A DNA stretch of 64,000 nt from the human T2T-CHM13v2.0 reference genome, Homo sapiens: NCBI RefSeq assembly GCF_009914755.1, contig NC_060936.1; one strand, given 5' to 3'. The translations under genes were made by a program, and so were the position numbers. The notes under the pieces are model-generated. The model did no database searches, was not told the DNA's origin, and saw only the letters and a list, made by a program, of their open reading frames with translations. Positions 15,530-29,899 of the stretch are shown piece after piece. Every line of letters begins with the position of its first letter. Within the stretch, counting starts at the first letter, position 1.

Positions 15530-15655
15530 GAGTAGGGAAGGAAGCTTTCCTCAACCTCCTTAGGGTTCCTGACTGGGCCTGAAAATAAAACTTACAAAGA
15601 CAGATTAACATGCCAAGGAACCATATTTTGGGGTATTGTGTTCTGAGCCCAAGCA
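15530..15655 (-). mobile_element. MER4-group ERV1 LTR, termini only (internally deleted)
   Basis: Minus strand: gggctcagaacacaataccccaaaatatgg joined directly to ttaatctgtctttg..cttccctac. Confidence 0.55.
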
Positions 15656-17241
15656 GAAATGAAGACAAGCTGAAGCAGATGGTATGGTAGAACTAAACGT
15701 GCAGGTGGCAGATGCCAAAAATTGGCCTACTAAAGAGATAGCTGAGGCATGCTTCTAGGTACACATTTTCAATACAGGATAAAATTTAAAAAAAAAAAAA
15801 CAGAAGCAAGCAAGAAATTAGATAAGTAATGATGCTTTCAGAAAAACATCATAATGATATTTTTATATCATTATTGTGCAATTATGTTATAACACTCAAA
15901 TTATAATTGATGCTAGACAAAATAGAATTAATATGCAGGTTTATAGCCATCTTTAGTATAAAGGGATAGACAGTCCAAATTTTCCCTACTTTATTGTGTG
16001 CACACTAGAAAGTATTATTTACTGTAACATATTTTTTAAGGAAGCCAAATGGCAAAAGGACTTAATTCACACTTAATGTGCATAATTGCAACCGATTTGA
16101 AAATTCTTTGTATAAAAGATGACACATTATGAAGCGGGCAATTCTAATTATAATCAAAATTAATATAATTTTTACTAATTTAAGTTATATCTTATGCTAT
16201 TGAGAAATATATATGGCATTCTCAGCTCCTATATATGTTATTTATTAATGAGAAAATATCCTTATAATTGAAATTAAAAATTTAATGCTTATTTTTCTGT
16301 TTTGTTACTGATTATCAGAAACCACCAATTTTTTCTCTATTTATATAATCATAGCAACTTTTAGTACCAGATGACTAAAATCTGACAAAAGAAAAAGGGT
16401 TTTTTTTTGTGTGTAACTAATTCTATTGGAAAATAGTTTTCTGCTGGGAAATAGAAAAGATAATTGGAAGTGGCAGGGAGGACTCTATACAGACAAAACT
16501 GAAGCAAAAACCCCTGAAATTCTCACTTATGAGGGAAAAAAAACTGTTAAGTTGCTTAAGACTTGATTATTCTTATACATGTTTCCTCCTCCAATAAAGG
16601 AACAAAAATAATAGATTGGTTCATTTATCTTATTATTAGTTCTAATATATGTGTTGACACAGAGTCTTGATAGAAAATATTGTCTAATAAGAAATAATTT
16701 ATTTGATTGTTTCCTGGATCGTGGGCAGATAACTTGAAGGTAAACAGTTGATTTGCATACTTAATGCTGAAATTATATTAAAAATCCATTAAAAATAGAT
16801 TAAAAGTTATAGGTTGTTCAAAGGAACTATTCTATAATTTTTTAATTATAAAAGAAATAATTGCATTTATAGAAAATGTTCATTATAGGAGTGTAAAAAG
16901 AAGATAAAAATTCTTATGACTCTAAAACACAGATATAAATACTGGTGACATTTTTATATAATTTCCTCAAGTTATTTTTCTGCATACCAGTTATGCGTCT
17001 GTAAAATATATGTACATTATACAAAAATAAAATCATATACAAATATACACAATCATAAATATATGTGTTTCTGTGCATATATATATATATATATACACAG
17101 TTTTGTGTAGAACATATTTCACTTCTTAATAATATATCAGTACAGCATGAGGATTTTCTTAAGTCTTTAAGCAATCTTCAAAATCATGGTTTTTTAACCT
17201 TATTATTCCTCATTATTCTTTCTTACAGATTCTTTAAATGA

Positions 17242-17561
<320 letters not shown>

Positions 17562-18857
17562 AAGAGAAATATTTTTAAGTCTATTGACACATGTTGCCAA
17601 ATTACTTTCAAGGAACATTGTACCAACTTACTATCTAAGTAGCAGCGTTTGAGAGGGCTAAATAGTCATCTATACCATCTCAATTTTAATGTTACATCCA
17701 AACTATTTTAGAAATCTCAGTGTGCATAATCATCCAATTGTGTCAAAGCAGATCCTTTGGAGAAAAATATTAAATTTTCTTTATGAAAAGTTTCTGATAT
17801 TTGAGAATCCTAATTTTCAGAAAGTTCTTTTTTAGTTTGTCAAAAGAAATTCTCATTTTTATTTCCTGACTTTCTTTTAACAACTATATATCCACAGTTA
17901 AGAACATATATAGTGTATTACATTTGAATAAAATTAAAATTGAAATTATTCCCACTGCTACAATTGCCATTGAATCTACTTAGCAAGGCATGAAAATTCA
18001 AATTACCAAACTAGATATTGTAGGCTTATCATTTAGAACTCAATAGTAGTTATTAGTGCTGTACACTAAATATTTCTGGTTCTCCTCTTTATGGGGTACG
18101 CGGTAACATGGAATGTCATTGTTTTCTGTAGTTAGGTGTACCTACGTAACTTGTCAATTAAATTGGAGCAGAAGTGAAGGATATATCCTTTCTGGAAGAA
18201 GTTTTAATAGGAAGATCTTGATTTAACACATGTATTGAGACAAGGTCTCTATCAGCCTAGGTGCTAAGTGATTATTGTAAGCAGAGCCTCCCTGATGACC
18301 TGAGTTAGACAAGAGATATGAGTGTAAAATAAAATTTCATATAGTGAATCTATTAATGTTTGGAATATTTCCTATAATAGTGTAACCTATCTACACTCAC
18401 TAATGCACAAGATGGCTTAAAATGTGGGGAACTGGCTTAATAAATTAGTGGAAGAACCAGGAAGGAAACCAATATTGGAATCTAGAAAAAAAATTACAAT
18501 CCATGATGTAGTGACAATAGATGAAAGGGAAATTATTTAGAAAGCAGAGCCCAAGTTTCTATGAGAAGTGGCTGTAAAAATATATGTTACTAGTATGCTT
18601 TGGTTGACGTTGGTAGCATTTGGGAGAAGGATCATGAGAGATAAGAGCTCAGAATAAAAAGAATGACTGGTTTGCAAGCAAAGTAGAAAAAGGGAAAGTC
18701 CAGAAATTTGGTGAATTACAATGTTGGAATGTGCCTTCTCTAACCTAATAAATAGAAAATCAAATGGAGAAGGCCTTTAATGAAAAAAGGCTGAGTTAAA
18801 CTGAGCTTTGTCATAAGGATTAAGTCAAGAGAATTTGCAGCCTTTTAAAAACATGGC

Positions 18858-19435
18858 CCAGAAATCCCACTACTGGTATATACCCAAAGGAATGCAAATC
18901 ATCCTATCATAAAGACACAATTAGGTGTATGTTCATTGCAGCACTATTCACAATAGCAAAGGCATGGAATCAACCTAAATGCCCACCAATGATGGACTGG
19001 ATAAAGAAAATGTGGTACATATACACCATGGACTAGTATGCATCCATAAAAAAGAACATAGGGTCCATAAAAAAGAACATAGGGTCCATAAAAAAGAACA
19101 TTTGTAGGGTCATGGATAGAGCTGGAGGCCATTATCCTTAGCAAACTAATGCAGGAACAGAAAACCAAATACCGCATGTTCTCACTTAAAGTGGGAGCTA
19201 AATGATGAGAACACATGTACACATAGAGGGGAACAACACATGCTGGGGCCTATTGGAGGGTAAAGGGTGGGAGAAGGGAGAGGATTAGGAAAAATAACTA
19301 ATGGGTACTAGGTTTAATACGTGGGTGATGAAAGAATCTGTATAACACCTCCTATGACATAAATTTACCTATGTAACCAACCTACACGTGTACCTCTGAA
19401 TTTTAAGGATAAAAAACAAAACAAAACAAAAAAAC
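18858..19435 (+). mobile_element. L1PA13-16-like 3' end
   Basis: ORF2 C-terminal and 3'UTR motifs (aggaaaaataactaatgggtactagg), A-rich tail. Confidence 0.9.
19043..19101. repeat. 21-bp tandem repeat, about 2.8 copies
   Basis: tccataaaaaagaacataggg x2 plus tccataaaaaagaacat. Confidence 0.95.
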
Positions 19436-19602
19436 TAGGTCAGAAGGCCATGATCTGGAGGCCTCTTTTTGAGATGACTTCTGCAGATCCCAGCCACTAT
19501 AGTCTAAGAAGCCCAGTCCACAGAGAGGATCCAGGTGCTAGATTCTCCAGTAAACAGTTCCAATTGAGCCAGTTTTTAAATCATCTCTCCTGAGGCATAG
19601 GC

Positions 19603-19833
19603 TTTTTTTCAATTGTGATAAAATATATACAACATAACATTTACCTTTTAAAACATTTTTAAGTGTATAGTCCTGTGGCAGTAAGCAGTGAATTCACGTT
19701 GTTGTGCAACTATCAACACCATCCCAAGAATTTTTTCATCATCCCAAACTGAAACACTGTACCCAGTAAACACTAATTTTATACTCGTCTTTTTGCCCTA
19801 GCCCTTGGCAACCACCATTCAACTGTCTGTCAT
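19603..19833 (-). mobile_element. L1MB 3' end
   Basis: ttttttcaattgtgataaaatata..ttgttgtgcaac..catcccaaactgaaac..ggcaaccaccattc. Confidence 0.85.
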
Positions 19834-20363
19834 GAGCTTTCTTAAGAAGTTATCTTGGAAGTGGATTCTTCAGCCCCGCTTCTTCCAGACTCTAGTAGTT
19901 TGAGTCTTTCCAGCTGGATTTAAGGTAAAATTTTTCCTGATGCCTGATAAGTTCCAAATACAAGTAAGTTAACATGCAAAGAGTGAGATTAGGTGGGAGT
20001 GGTGGTGGTAGGAGATATGAAACCTAAGAAGGATAACTAATATGTAGAACTGACTGGGATGAAAAAGATAAGAAGCTTACTGAGTTTAAAGGAAGATTTT
20101 AAGGAAGAGCCAGTCTGAGATTTATGCCTGAGATCTTCTAAGGAAAATTTGTCCATTTTGGGCCCTCCCAATCATTATGCAAGAAGCTCATTTAGGATGT
20201 AGACAAGGGCCAGGGGGAATAATGGACACAGTGCCCACCTACAGAAGAGGAACTTCATCAAAGAATAGGTTCTACTTGCCCAAGTCAGTTTCACCAAGTC
20301 TGTGTCGTCCATATCTCTCATCTTCTCTTTTCTGAATACAAGTGTTTTTATTGCATTTATCTT

Positions 20364-20493
20364 GGCTGGGCATGGTGGCTCATACCTCTAATCCCAGCAC
20401 TTTGGGAGGCTGAGGTGGGAGGATTGCTTAAAGCCAGAAGTTTGAGACCAGACTGGGCAACAAAGTGAGACCCTTTCTCTATTAAAACAAAAA
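20364..20493 (+). mobile_element. FLAM-type Alu monomer
   Basis: Single arm with ggaggattgctt, ending in an A tail. Confidence 0.88.
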
Positions 20494-21914
20494 GTCTCAT
20501 CCCTAGTCTATGAGTGAATTCTCTGTTCAGAAGCACGTATAATTTACTATTGCAGTTTATCCATCTATAGAAGATTAAGAGCCACAGCTGACCTGATGTA
20601 GAGACTACCAAACATCTGTCATCCAGAATTTTGAACTTTGAGATTGATGCCATAACTGAATGAAATTTTGGTTTACCCTCCTGGGAAGTTGATGAGTGTA
20701 TTTTGCAGTCAGAAGGTAGTAAAGTGAATATTTGGTGACTAGAAATCTGAAATATTACCACAGTTGATCAGTTCGCCTTTCTGAACACATGATAGAATCA
20801 TCCTTTGCTATCCCTTTGAATTTAGGTACACCTATTTGACTTTTTTTTCTTTGCCAAAAAATGTGACTGGAAGTGATGAAAGCTTAAACTCTGGTATCTT
20901 TAAGAGTCAATATCTGATTTGGCATTTTTCTTCCCTCACAGGGATGAGAGTGGATGCATGAATTGAGGAGTCTCCATCTGAGGAACTGAAAGACTGTGAA
21001 GAGCACAGCCCCCCACTGTTCACCTGATGTAGACAAGGAACAGAAGAAAAAATGAACTTCTGTTGTGTTATGCCTTTGAAACTTGGGCATTTTGTGCAAT
21101 GTAGAATAAACTTGCCCACTTCAACTTATGCAATTTTTTTTACCTGATATCACAATTCATTTCTGATTGGTTAAGAGAATATTTAATGTTCTAAGTAAAT
21201 ATGCATATATATAATATTTAAAGCCATTGAATTCAAAGCTACTTATTAGATATTCTTTGCTGTATTTTGGTTATTCTTTCTCAAATTTAATTATGCTCAC
21301 AGTATAATCTATCTTATGTGACATAGTATTGTTTCTCAGTACTAATTTAGGAAAGGCCCAAGTGTATTAAGGCTGTGTTTTAGAAAGAATATTGTTTCAG
21401 CTTTTGTAAGCAAGTCATTTTAAGAATTAAGAGTTACACCAAAAAAAAGTACTTTGACGTTATGGGATATTTTGATCATTGAAACAGTGATGTCAGATGG
21501 TTAAACAGATGTAGACAGAAGATAAATTATTATATATAGACATTGACTATTGTCGTATATGGAATTGAACTAAACAGACAGTATCTTTCTTTTGCTTATA
21601 TAGCCATGCTTTGTCAAGAATTATTTAGGGAAAGTAGGAAAGAAATCAATAGATTTTTCAACATCTGTGAATCCCATTCTTTTTACTTGGTTCAATTTCC
21701 TGGTCTACTCTATTTAATAAGAATCCTGCTGTTTTTCCATCAGACATTGTAGCATTTTACATCGTTTCTTAATTGCTTGCCATTTTACTTCTAGACTGGT
21801 TTTTAAATTATTTGTGACAGAAGCTCGACAATCAATACTTGCTTGAAAACTCCTTACTTTATTTTATTTTTGTACATATTTTTATCCTCTATGTGTGTGT
21901 ATGGTGTGTGTGTG

Positions 21915-22272
21915 TGTCTTAATCCGTTGGAACTGCTATGACAAAATTCCTTAGACTTGGTAGCTTATAAACAACAGATAGATATTTATTTCATGAAGTT
22001 CTGAAGGCTAAGAAGTCCATGATAAAGGCACCAGTAGATTTGGTTATTTGGTGAAGGCTGCTTTTTGGCACCTTCTAATGTGTAGTCATGTGGTGGAAGG
22101 GGCAAAGCAGCTCTCTGGGGTCCCTTTAATAAGGGCACTAATCCCACTCATGAAGCCTCCTCTCTAAAAATCTCATCACCTTCTGAAGGTCCTTCCTCTT
22201 AATACCATCACTTTGGTGATTAAGTTTTCAACAGGTGAATTTTGGGAGAACACAAACAATCAGGCCATGGCA
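21915..22272 (-). mobile_element. MLT1A0-like solo LTR
   Basis: tgtcttaatccgttgg..aagggcactaatccca..cacaaacaatcaggccatggca; TSD gtgtg/gtatg. Confidence 0.9.
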
Positions 22273-23843
22273 GTATGTATGTTCATTTGCATGAATCTCT
22301 GTCGGTTTTGTAATCCCATTTTACTTACTTTCATCAAAAAGTAAAATATTTCCAGTTATTTTTTTTCTAACAGGACTTAGACATTTATAATAATGTTAAT
22401 GTTAAGTATTTCATCTTTGACAAAGTGAGCTTTCAAATTGGATGAAATAAATTTAACCATTGTTAGAATCACCTTAGTGGGTTTACTGTTGAAAACATTT
22501 CTTGATTGATATAAAACTAATGTTTTCAATTATTTGAGAAGTTCGGTGAATGGAGCCGACACTGTAAGAACTGTCATTTCATTTCTCTTGCATGCACAGA
22601 AAATAATTTTAAATAGAAAATGAGTGAAATTAACATAGAAAACAGTTGTTTTCATTTGTTTGGAACAAAATGTCTTGCTTCATAGAGCAATATATAAACA
22701 CAATTTCTGCAGCTCCAGGTATTAAATGTTTAATGTCTGTTTAATACACAAATAACATTTGAAGTAAATGTGGTTGTTTTGTTAGCAGAATTGTGCATTC
22801 TGCTTTTAACATGGTATAACTGGTCTTCAGGGTGAGTGGTAAAGACAACTGCTTAGTGTAAATTACACATTTATCATTCACTTTCTTCATGCACAGAAAT
22901 TCAGTAATTATTTATTAAAATCGTAGCTTTCTTTAAGATCATGCAGCTATAAGGGCTTACTGCGTATTTTTTTAAGTGCTAGAGAAAGTGTTGCAGATTT
23001 GCAACATACAATAAATGGCAGTGACACAGCATAAGCGGTGTCCAGACAACTCTCTAGACACCCTTGCAGGACAGCTTAGCCTTCCCTTCCTCACACATTT
23101 TACATCCACCTGACCTATAATTTCCCATGTTACCCACTGACCTGATTGACTAGAGACTTCAGGTATCTCAAAGCCCATGTAAATGTATTTTACTTTTCTG
23201 GGTAAGCTAAGAGGGAAGGTTATTAACTGAGAGTGAGTAGAAAAGGGAGGTACTTATTTTCAGCAAAATTTGCTCACTATGTCATGTTACCCAAATTTAA
23301 CCATTCTCATATCTTTCACCTTCCCTTAGTATTTTAGGGATAAAAGGGTCTCATCTGGGGACTATTTCTTAATTGTTCCCTTGTGAGCTACTCGCCTGTA
23401 TCACACAATCATCCTTACCCTTCTTAGGCCCTTTATTGTTTCCCTGTTTACAAACAAGAACTTGAACACTGTCTCCTCCTTGCTTGGCTGTAACAGCCAC
23501 CTTGCTCTGTAGTAGTCATTACCCACAGTCTCTTTTAATTTAGCACACTACAACAAAAGACTGAATCGCTGTAGCTGACTTAATTGAATGGCAACAATAA
23601 CTTGATAGAAATCACAGCTTACAAGGAAAAAAGACATGTCTGTTACCTAAATATGACTAGTCAGTTTTCTATAGGAAAATAATAAACAGCGGCTCTTCTT
23701 ATTGGTAAAATGTGTTCCTAGATCTCCTGTCTTGAGGTCAACCCTTCTGCCTTTTGCCAATAGTATGATTGTTTCACAGAACACATTGAAACTCAGTCCT
23801 TCATTTACTTGTTATTTTATTCATTCAATAAAATATTTATTGA

Positions 23844-26251
<2,408 letters not shown>

Positions 26252-26930
26252 TTTTTTTTTTTTTTTTGAAAGAAGGGATTGGGGGCTCCTTGCTTCTAGA
26301 GAACAAGAGCCCTGAGCTTCTACAGCCCTTCATATTTATTTGGTGGAGTAAACAGAGAGGAAGGGGTAACTGTCAGTCAACTATTTAATTTAACACAGGT
26401 GTACATGATTGCTTTTTTTGTTCAACAAGCTCCATATGTTTCTGTAGATAACTTCAAGGAACATGGCACCTGGGACGTGACTGCCCTCAACATTCCTTCT
26501 GGGGGCAGATTCAGTTGTCAGCCTGCCAACTGCTTTCACGAGAACAATTTGCTGTTTGCTCATACAGCCTCCAATGGTATACTGAGTTGGTCATGACCCT
26601 AATTCCTTTGGCGTCCAACATCTCCCCCTTTATGTTTTTGCATTAATTGAATAAAGGTAATTCCAGGCTGTGCAGCTTTCAATTGCTGGTTGGTGGTCCA
26701 CCCAATCTTATAGACTCACGGGACACTACTGCTAACATGGCCAAGCACATGGAGTCAGGGGTTTTTGCCTGACCCTGATGCTCCAGCATTTTCTCAGCTT
26801 CCTGCTTTGTTTTCTTGATCTGTCCCCATGTTATGGGGGTGGATGTCAGTGTGACTGCGGTTGGCCCTTGCTCCATTTTTGCATTCAAATTCAGCTGGCT
26901 CATGACTCCTACTGGAGGGACCAGGCCCAC
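26252..26930 (-). pseudogene. Processed (spliced, polyadenylated) HERV-K(HML-6/HERVK3) rec-like retrocopy with LTR3 U3-R
   Basis: Minus strand: env-leader ORF (TWGQIKK..EAEK..TPDSM.LAMLAVVS), short 3' exon, polypurine tract AAAGGGGGAGA (26621-26631), LTR starting TGTTGG at 26620 and ending in A16 (26252-26267) with no U5. Confidence 0.85.
26679..26903 (-). CDS. Open 74-codon HML-6 Rec-like (ERVK3-1-like) ORF, 5'-truncated, expression unknown
   Basis: MSQLNLNAKMEQGPTAVTLTSTPITWGQIKKTKQEAEKMLEHQGQAKTPDSMCLAMLAVVSRESIRLGGPPTSN*; the longer ORF-track start at 26942 is a TTG within the Alu. Confidence 0.4.
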   Translation of the reverse strand: MSQLNLNAKMEQGPTAVTLTSTPITWGQIKKTKQEAEKMLEHQGQAKTPDSMCLAMLAVVSRESIRLGGPPTSN

Positions 26931-27018
26931 GGATGGTCTCAATCTGCTGACCTCGTGATCTGCCCATGTTGGCCTCCCAAAGTGCTGGTATTACAGGCGT
27001 GAGCCACCGTGCCCTGCC
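26931..27018 (-). mobile_element. Alu 5' 88 nt (AluSc/Y-type) fused to the HML-6 retrocopy
   Basis: ggatggtctcaatctgctgacctcgtgatc..gagccaccgtgccctgcc; no right arm and no own tail. Confidence 0.92.
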
Positions 27019-28042
27019 TAAGTCTGCTTTCAGATAATACTATCCTGGTTTTGTGGGTAATGCAGGTACCTTGTAATAGAGTAATTCTAATTTTTCTCAC
27101 CTGTCCTTTATAATATTGCTGTTCTTTATTTCACTTATTGTATGCTGTAATCACCCATATATTGTTGCAACTGTTAATTTGAACGGTAGCTGAAACATTT
27201 TTTCCCTTATGTCTGTCAACTGTTTTCAATCAATCCTTTTGTCCACGTGGACTAAAACGAAACAAAATTAGGTAGCATTTGTTTTTTATGCAAGTCATAT
27301 ATAATAAATGAAAAGTCAGAATGAAAATATTAGTACCACAGTGATTAATATATATATTGCATATGTAGTGTATCCCAGTCTAAATGCCAGAAAATCAGTG
27401 GGAAGAAAAGCAAAGAGGAAAGATGTTAAGGGTAATCTTTATAGTCTGGCAATAGGGTGTTTTCGTCATAGAAAAAGTACCGCTAGCACTACCACTATCG
27501 ATTAGAAGTGAGATAGTCCTCAAGTTATTCTTTTCTCTTCAATAGCCCTTGGGTAAACAAAATATATCCAAACTCCCTGTATACTCAATTTTCGTCAGGG
27601 AAATGGAGAGTGTAGTTTTATAAAAAGTCTTCACTGTCTATTTCTAGGCTTTAAATGGGAAATATGGTGCCTCATTTTGTTCCACTTTTTCTGGTGAAAA
27701 TATTAGCAATTAACTAAAGAACTGGAAAATGAACCTCACTGACATGAAGAAATATCAAAAGGTTCAAATAATCTACAAATTGAAATCTCTTCTCTCTAAG
27801 TAATGGAATTTCTAATTTTATATGCCTTATATTTCTCTGAATGTCATATGACTTTTTATTATAATTCTCAAAGTTAAGCATATAAAATCAGGATTGCTGA
27901 GAAAAATGTAAACTTTGCTCTCAAATCAAGAAGGCTTCTACTATATAAATAATTAACTAAATTGACATGTATCTTAATACATATAGTAAGCATTAGAGGT
28001 TAAAATGCTATGTATACATATTCAGAGCTCAAGAAACAAATA

Positions 28043-28070
28043 TTTGTTTTGTTTTGTTTTGTTTTGTTTT
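28043..28070. repeat. (TTTTG)n
   Basis: tttgttttgttttgttttgttttgttttt. Confidence 0.9.
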
Positions 28071-29899
28071 TAAAGAAAGTAGTAGGAGAAACTCAAAGAA
28101 TTATTGACAGAACTTTTTGGTGGTCCTCCCTGCTGCTATTGTCTGCATGTCAAGACCAGTAGTTAAGATTCGTACAAAACGATGGTGTTACAGTTATAAA
28201 TGCCTAGCTCACTTCTTCATGACCAGAGTGATGAAGGAAGGAATCTCGCTTGGATATAATTTTTATTGTGATAGCAGATGGGAGCCCTAGGGAATCTTAA
28301 AGTGTTCAGGAAAGAGCAGCAATTACAAAAACATCTCTAGAGTGTGCATAGTGCAAGATCTCTTTGAATGCTTAGAGGCAAAAGTTATTTATCACGGGAA
28401 CTATTATGAAAGCATGAGATAATGCATCTGCAAAAAAGAAGATGTTAGAGTAAGAATTGGGTCCCAAGGCCTGAGTCTAAGCAGAGAGCATAGAGGAAAG
28501 CAGTAAGAAAGAGTATGGGAAAGGTGTATAAGGGTTTGCAGAGGAGGGACCAAAACCCTGACAGAAATAGCAACAACTGGAAGGGGCAGAAGTACCCTTC
28601 AGGCCAATTTTCTGGTTCACAAATGTGTTTTGTCTCCTACGTAGTGTTTGAAAAACACATTTGGCCAACATTTTAAAACTGGCAGAATTCACATTTTCAT
28701 GTGCAGTGGGAAAAGCTGGAAATCTGGTCTTTGTGTGCCTGCCAGCAATCAGGTGGGGCTGAATGCAGCACAACCACCTCATTTAGCTGTGGTCGGCGGC
28801 CGTGCAGTTTATCACTGCATGTCTCTTTCTCTCCCCAGGCTTCTTCCACTTCACATTTACATTTTCTTTCTGGCCCTTATAGGCACTTTGTTTTTGAACC
28901 CTGGGTTGGACACCGATTTACTGAAAGTACAGAATCTCTGAGTCCTCTGAAATGCACAAGAGGATGGTTGGGTCTTTAAGAAGACAGAGTAGACTGAAAA
29001 CAAATCAAGACAGCCAAACTGAACAGACCTTGTTTTCTTAGGCTAAATACCACTTACCCTCTCTGAAAAGGCTCAAGTTATCAAAGCTACACTGAAATTG
29101 GTATGTTGTGCTTTCAATTAATTATAATGTTTAACTTAACTCCAAAGAAAATTCAGTTACTAGTTTATATAAAGTATGTGATTAAATTGTTCCCAAGTAA
29201 CTATCTTTCTGTGATATGACTCAGTTAAGAAATAATTTGGAGACTTCCAGACAAAAATGGTAAATTAAGGCCATTTCTACTCGACTCTCTTCTGAAACCA
29301 GCTGAAAACTACTAAGACTACTGAATTTTCAATGAAATTAGGCAACCACTACAATTGCAATAGTCAGTTAAAAAAAAATAAAATCCAGATCAAATATCAA
29401 GAGGATATGAAGCAACAGGGCCCAGAGACAATCAAGCTGCATTTGTAGTTCTCAGAAATTGGTGACACATGTAAGCAGCACAAAATTTGAGAAGTGGTTT
29501 ATGACAGCTGGATCCAACACACCAATTGCCAGGTGTGTTTCCCCTAACTTTACTCCATATATTCTCCTGCAAAGAGATGGCTCAGAAAGTGGCAATGCAC
29601 AGATATTTTCAAATAGAAAAGAAATAGGGTCTGTGACACACAGTTTCTTTTTGGAAAGCAACCTCAAGAGGAAATTATTCTGACAAACAGATGAATGAAG
29701 AAATCGTGGTAGAGAAAATGGCCAACACAATCTGTTAAACTAAGTTTATAAGAACAAAGTTTCTTGTAAGACTAAGGAAAAATTACTGAAAATATTTTAA
29801 TGATTGGCCAGAATATCTGTAAATCTTCATATTGTAGGACTTACAATATAGAGATAAAACTTGGGATAAAGAGGATGGGGACAAGAAGTTGTAAGAAGT

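Larger units (their letters stand above)
18056..21132 (+). mobile_element. Ancient MaLR provirus (MLT1I/J-like): 5' LTR about 18056-18407, internal region, 3' LTR about 20752-21132
   Basis: Two same-orientation LTRs sharing ttaggt..cacct.., gaagtga, gagc..ccc..ga, ending taatgca / ttatgca; MLT1-int motifs aaaatgtggggaactggct and gagtgtattttgca..gtgaatatttggtgactag. Confidence 0.7.

Noticed and set aside
21891-21919. Near-identical TG tract to 3204-3230
   Set aside because: Low-complexity coincidence
26252-27018. SVA element
   Set aside because: It has Alu plus HERV-K plus poly(A), but no VNTR or hexamer, the Alu is sense rather than antisense, and the LTR is LTR3-like rather than LTR5/SINE-R
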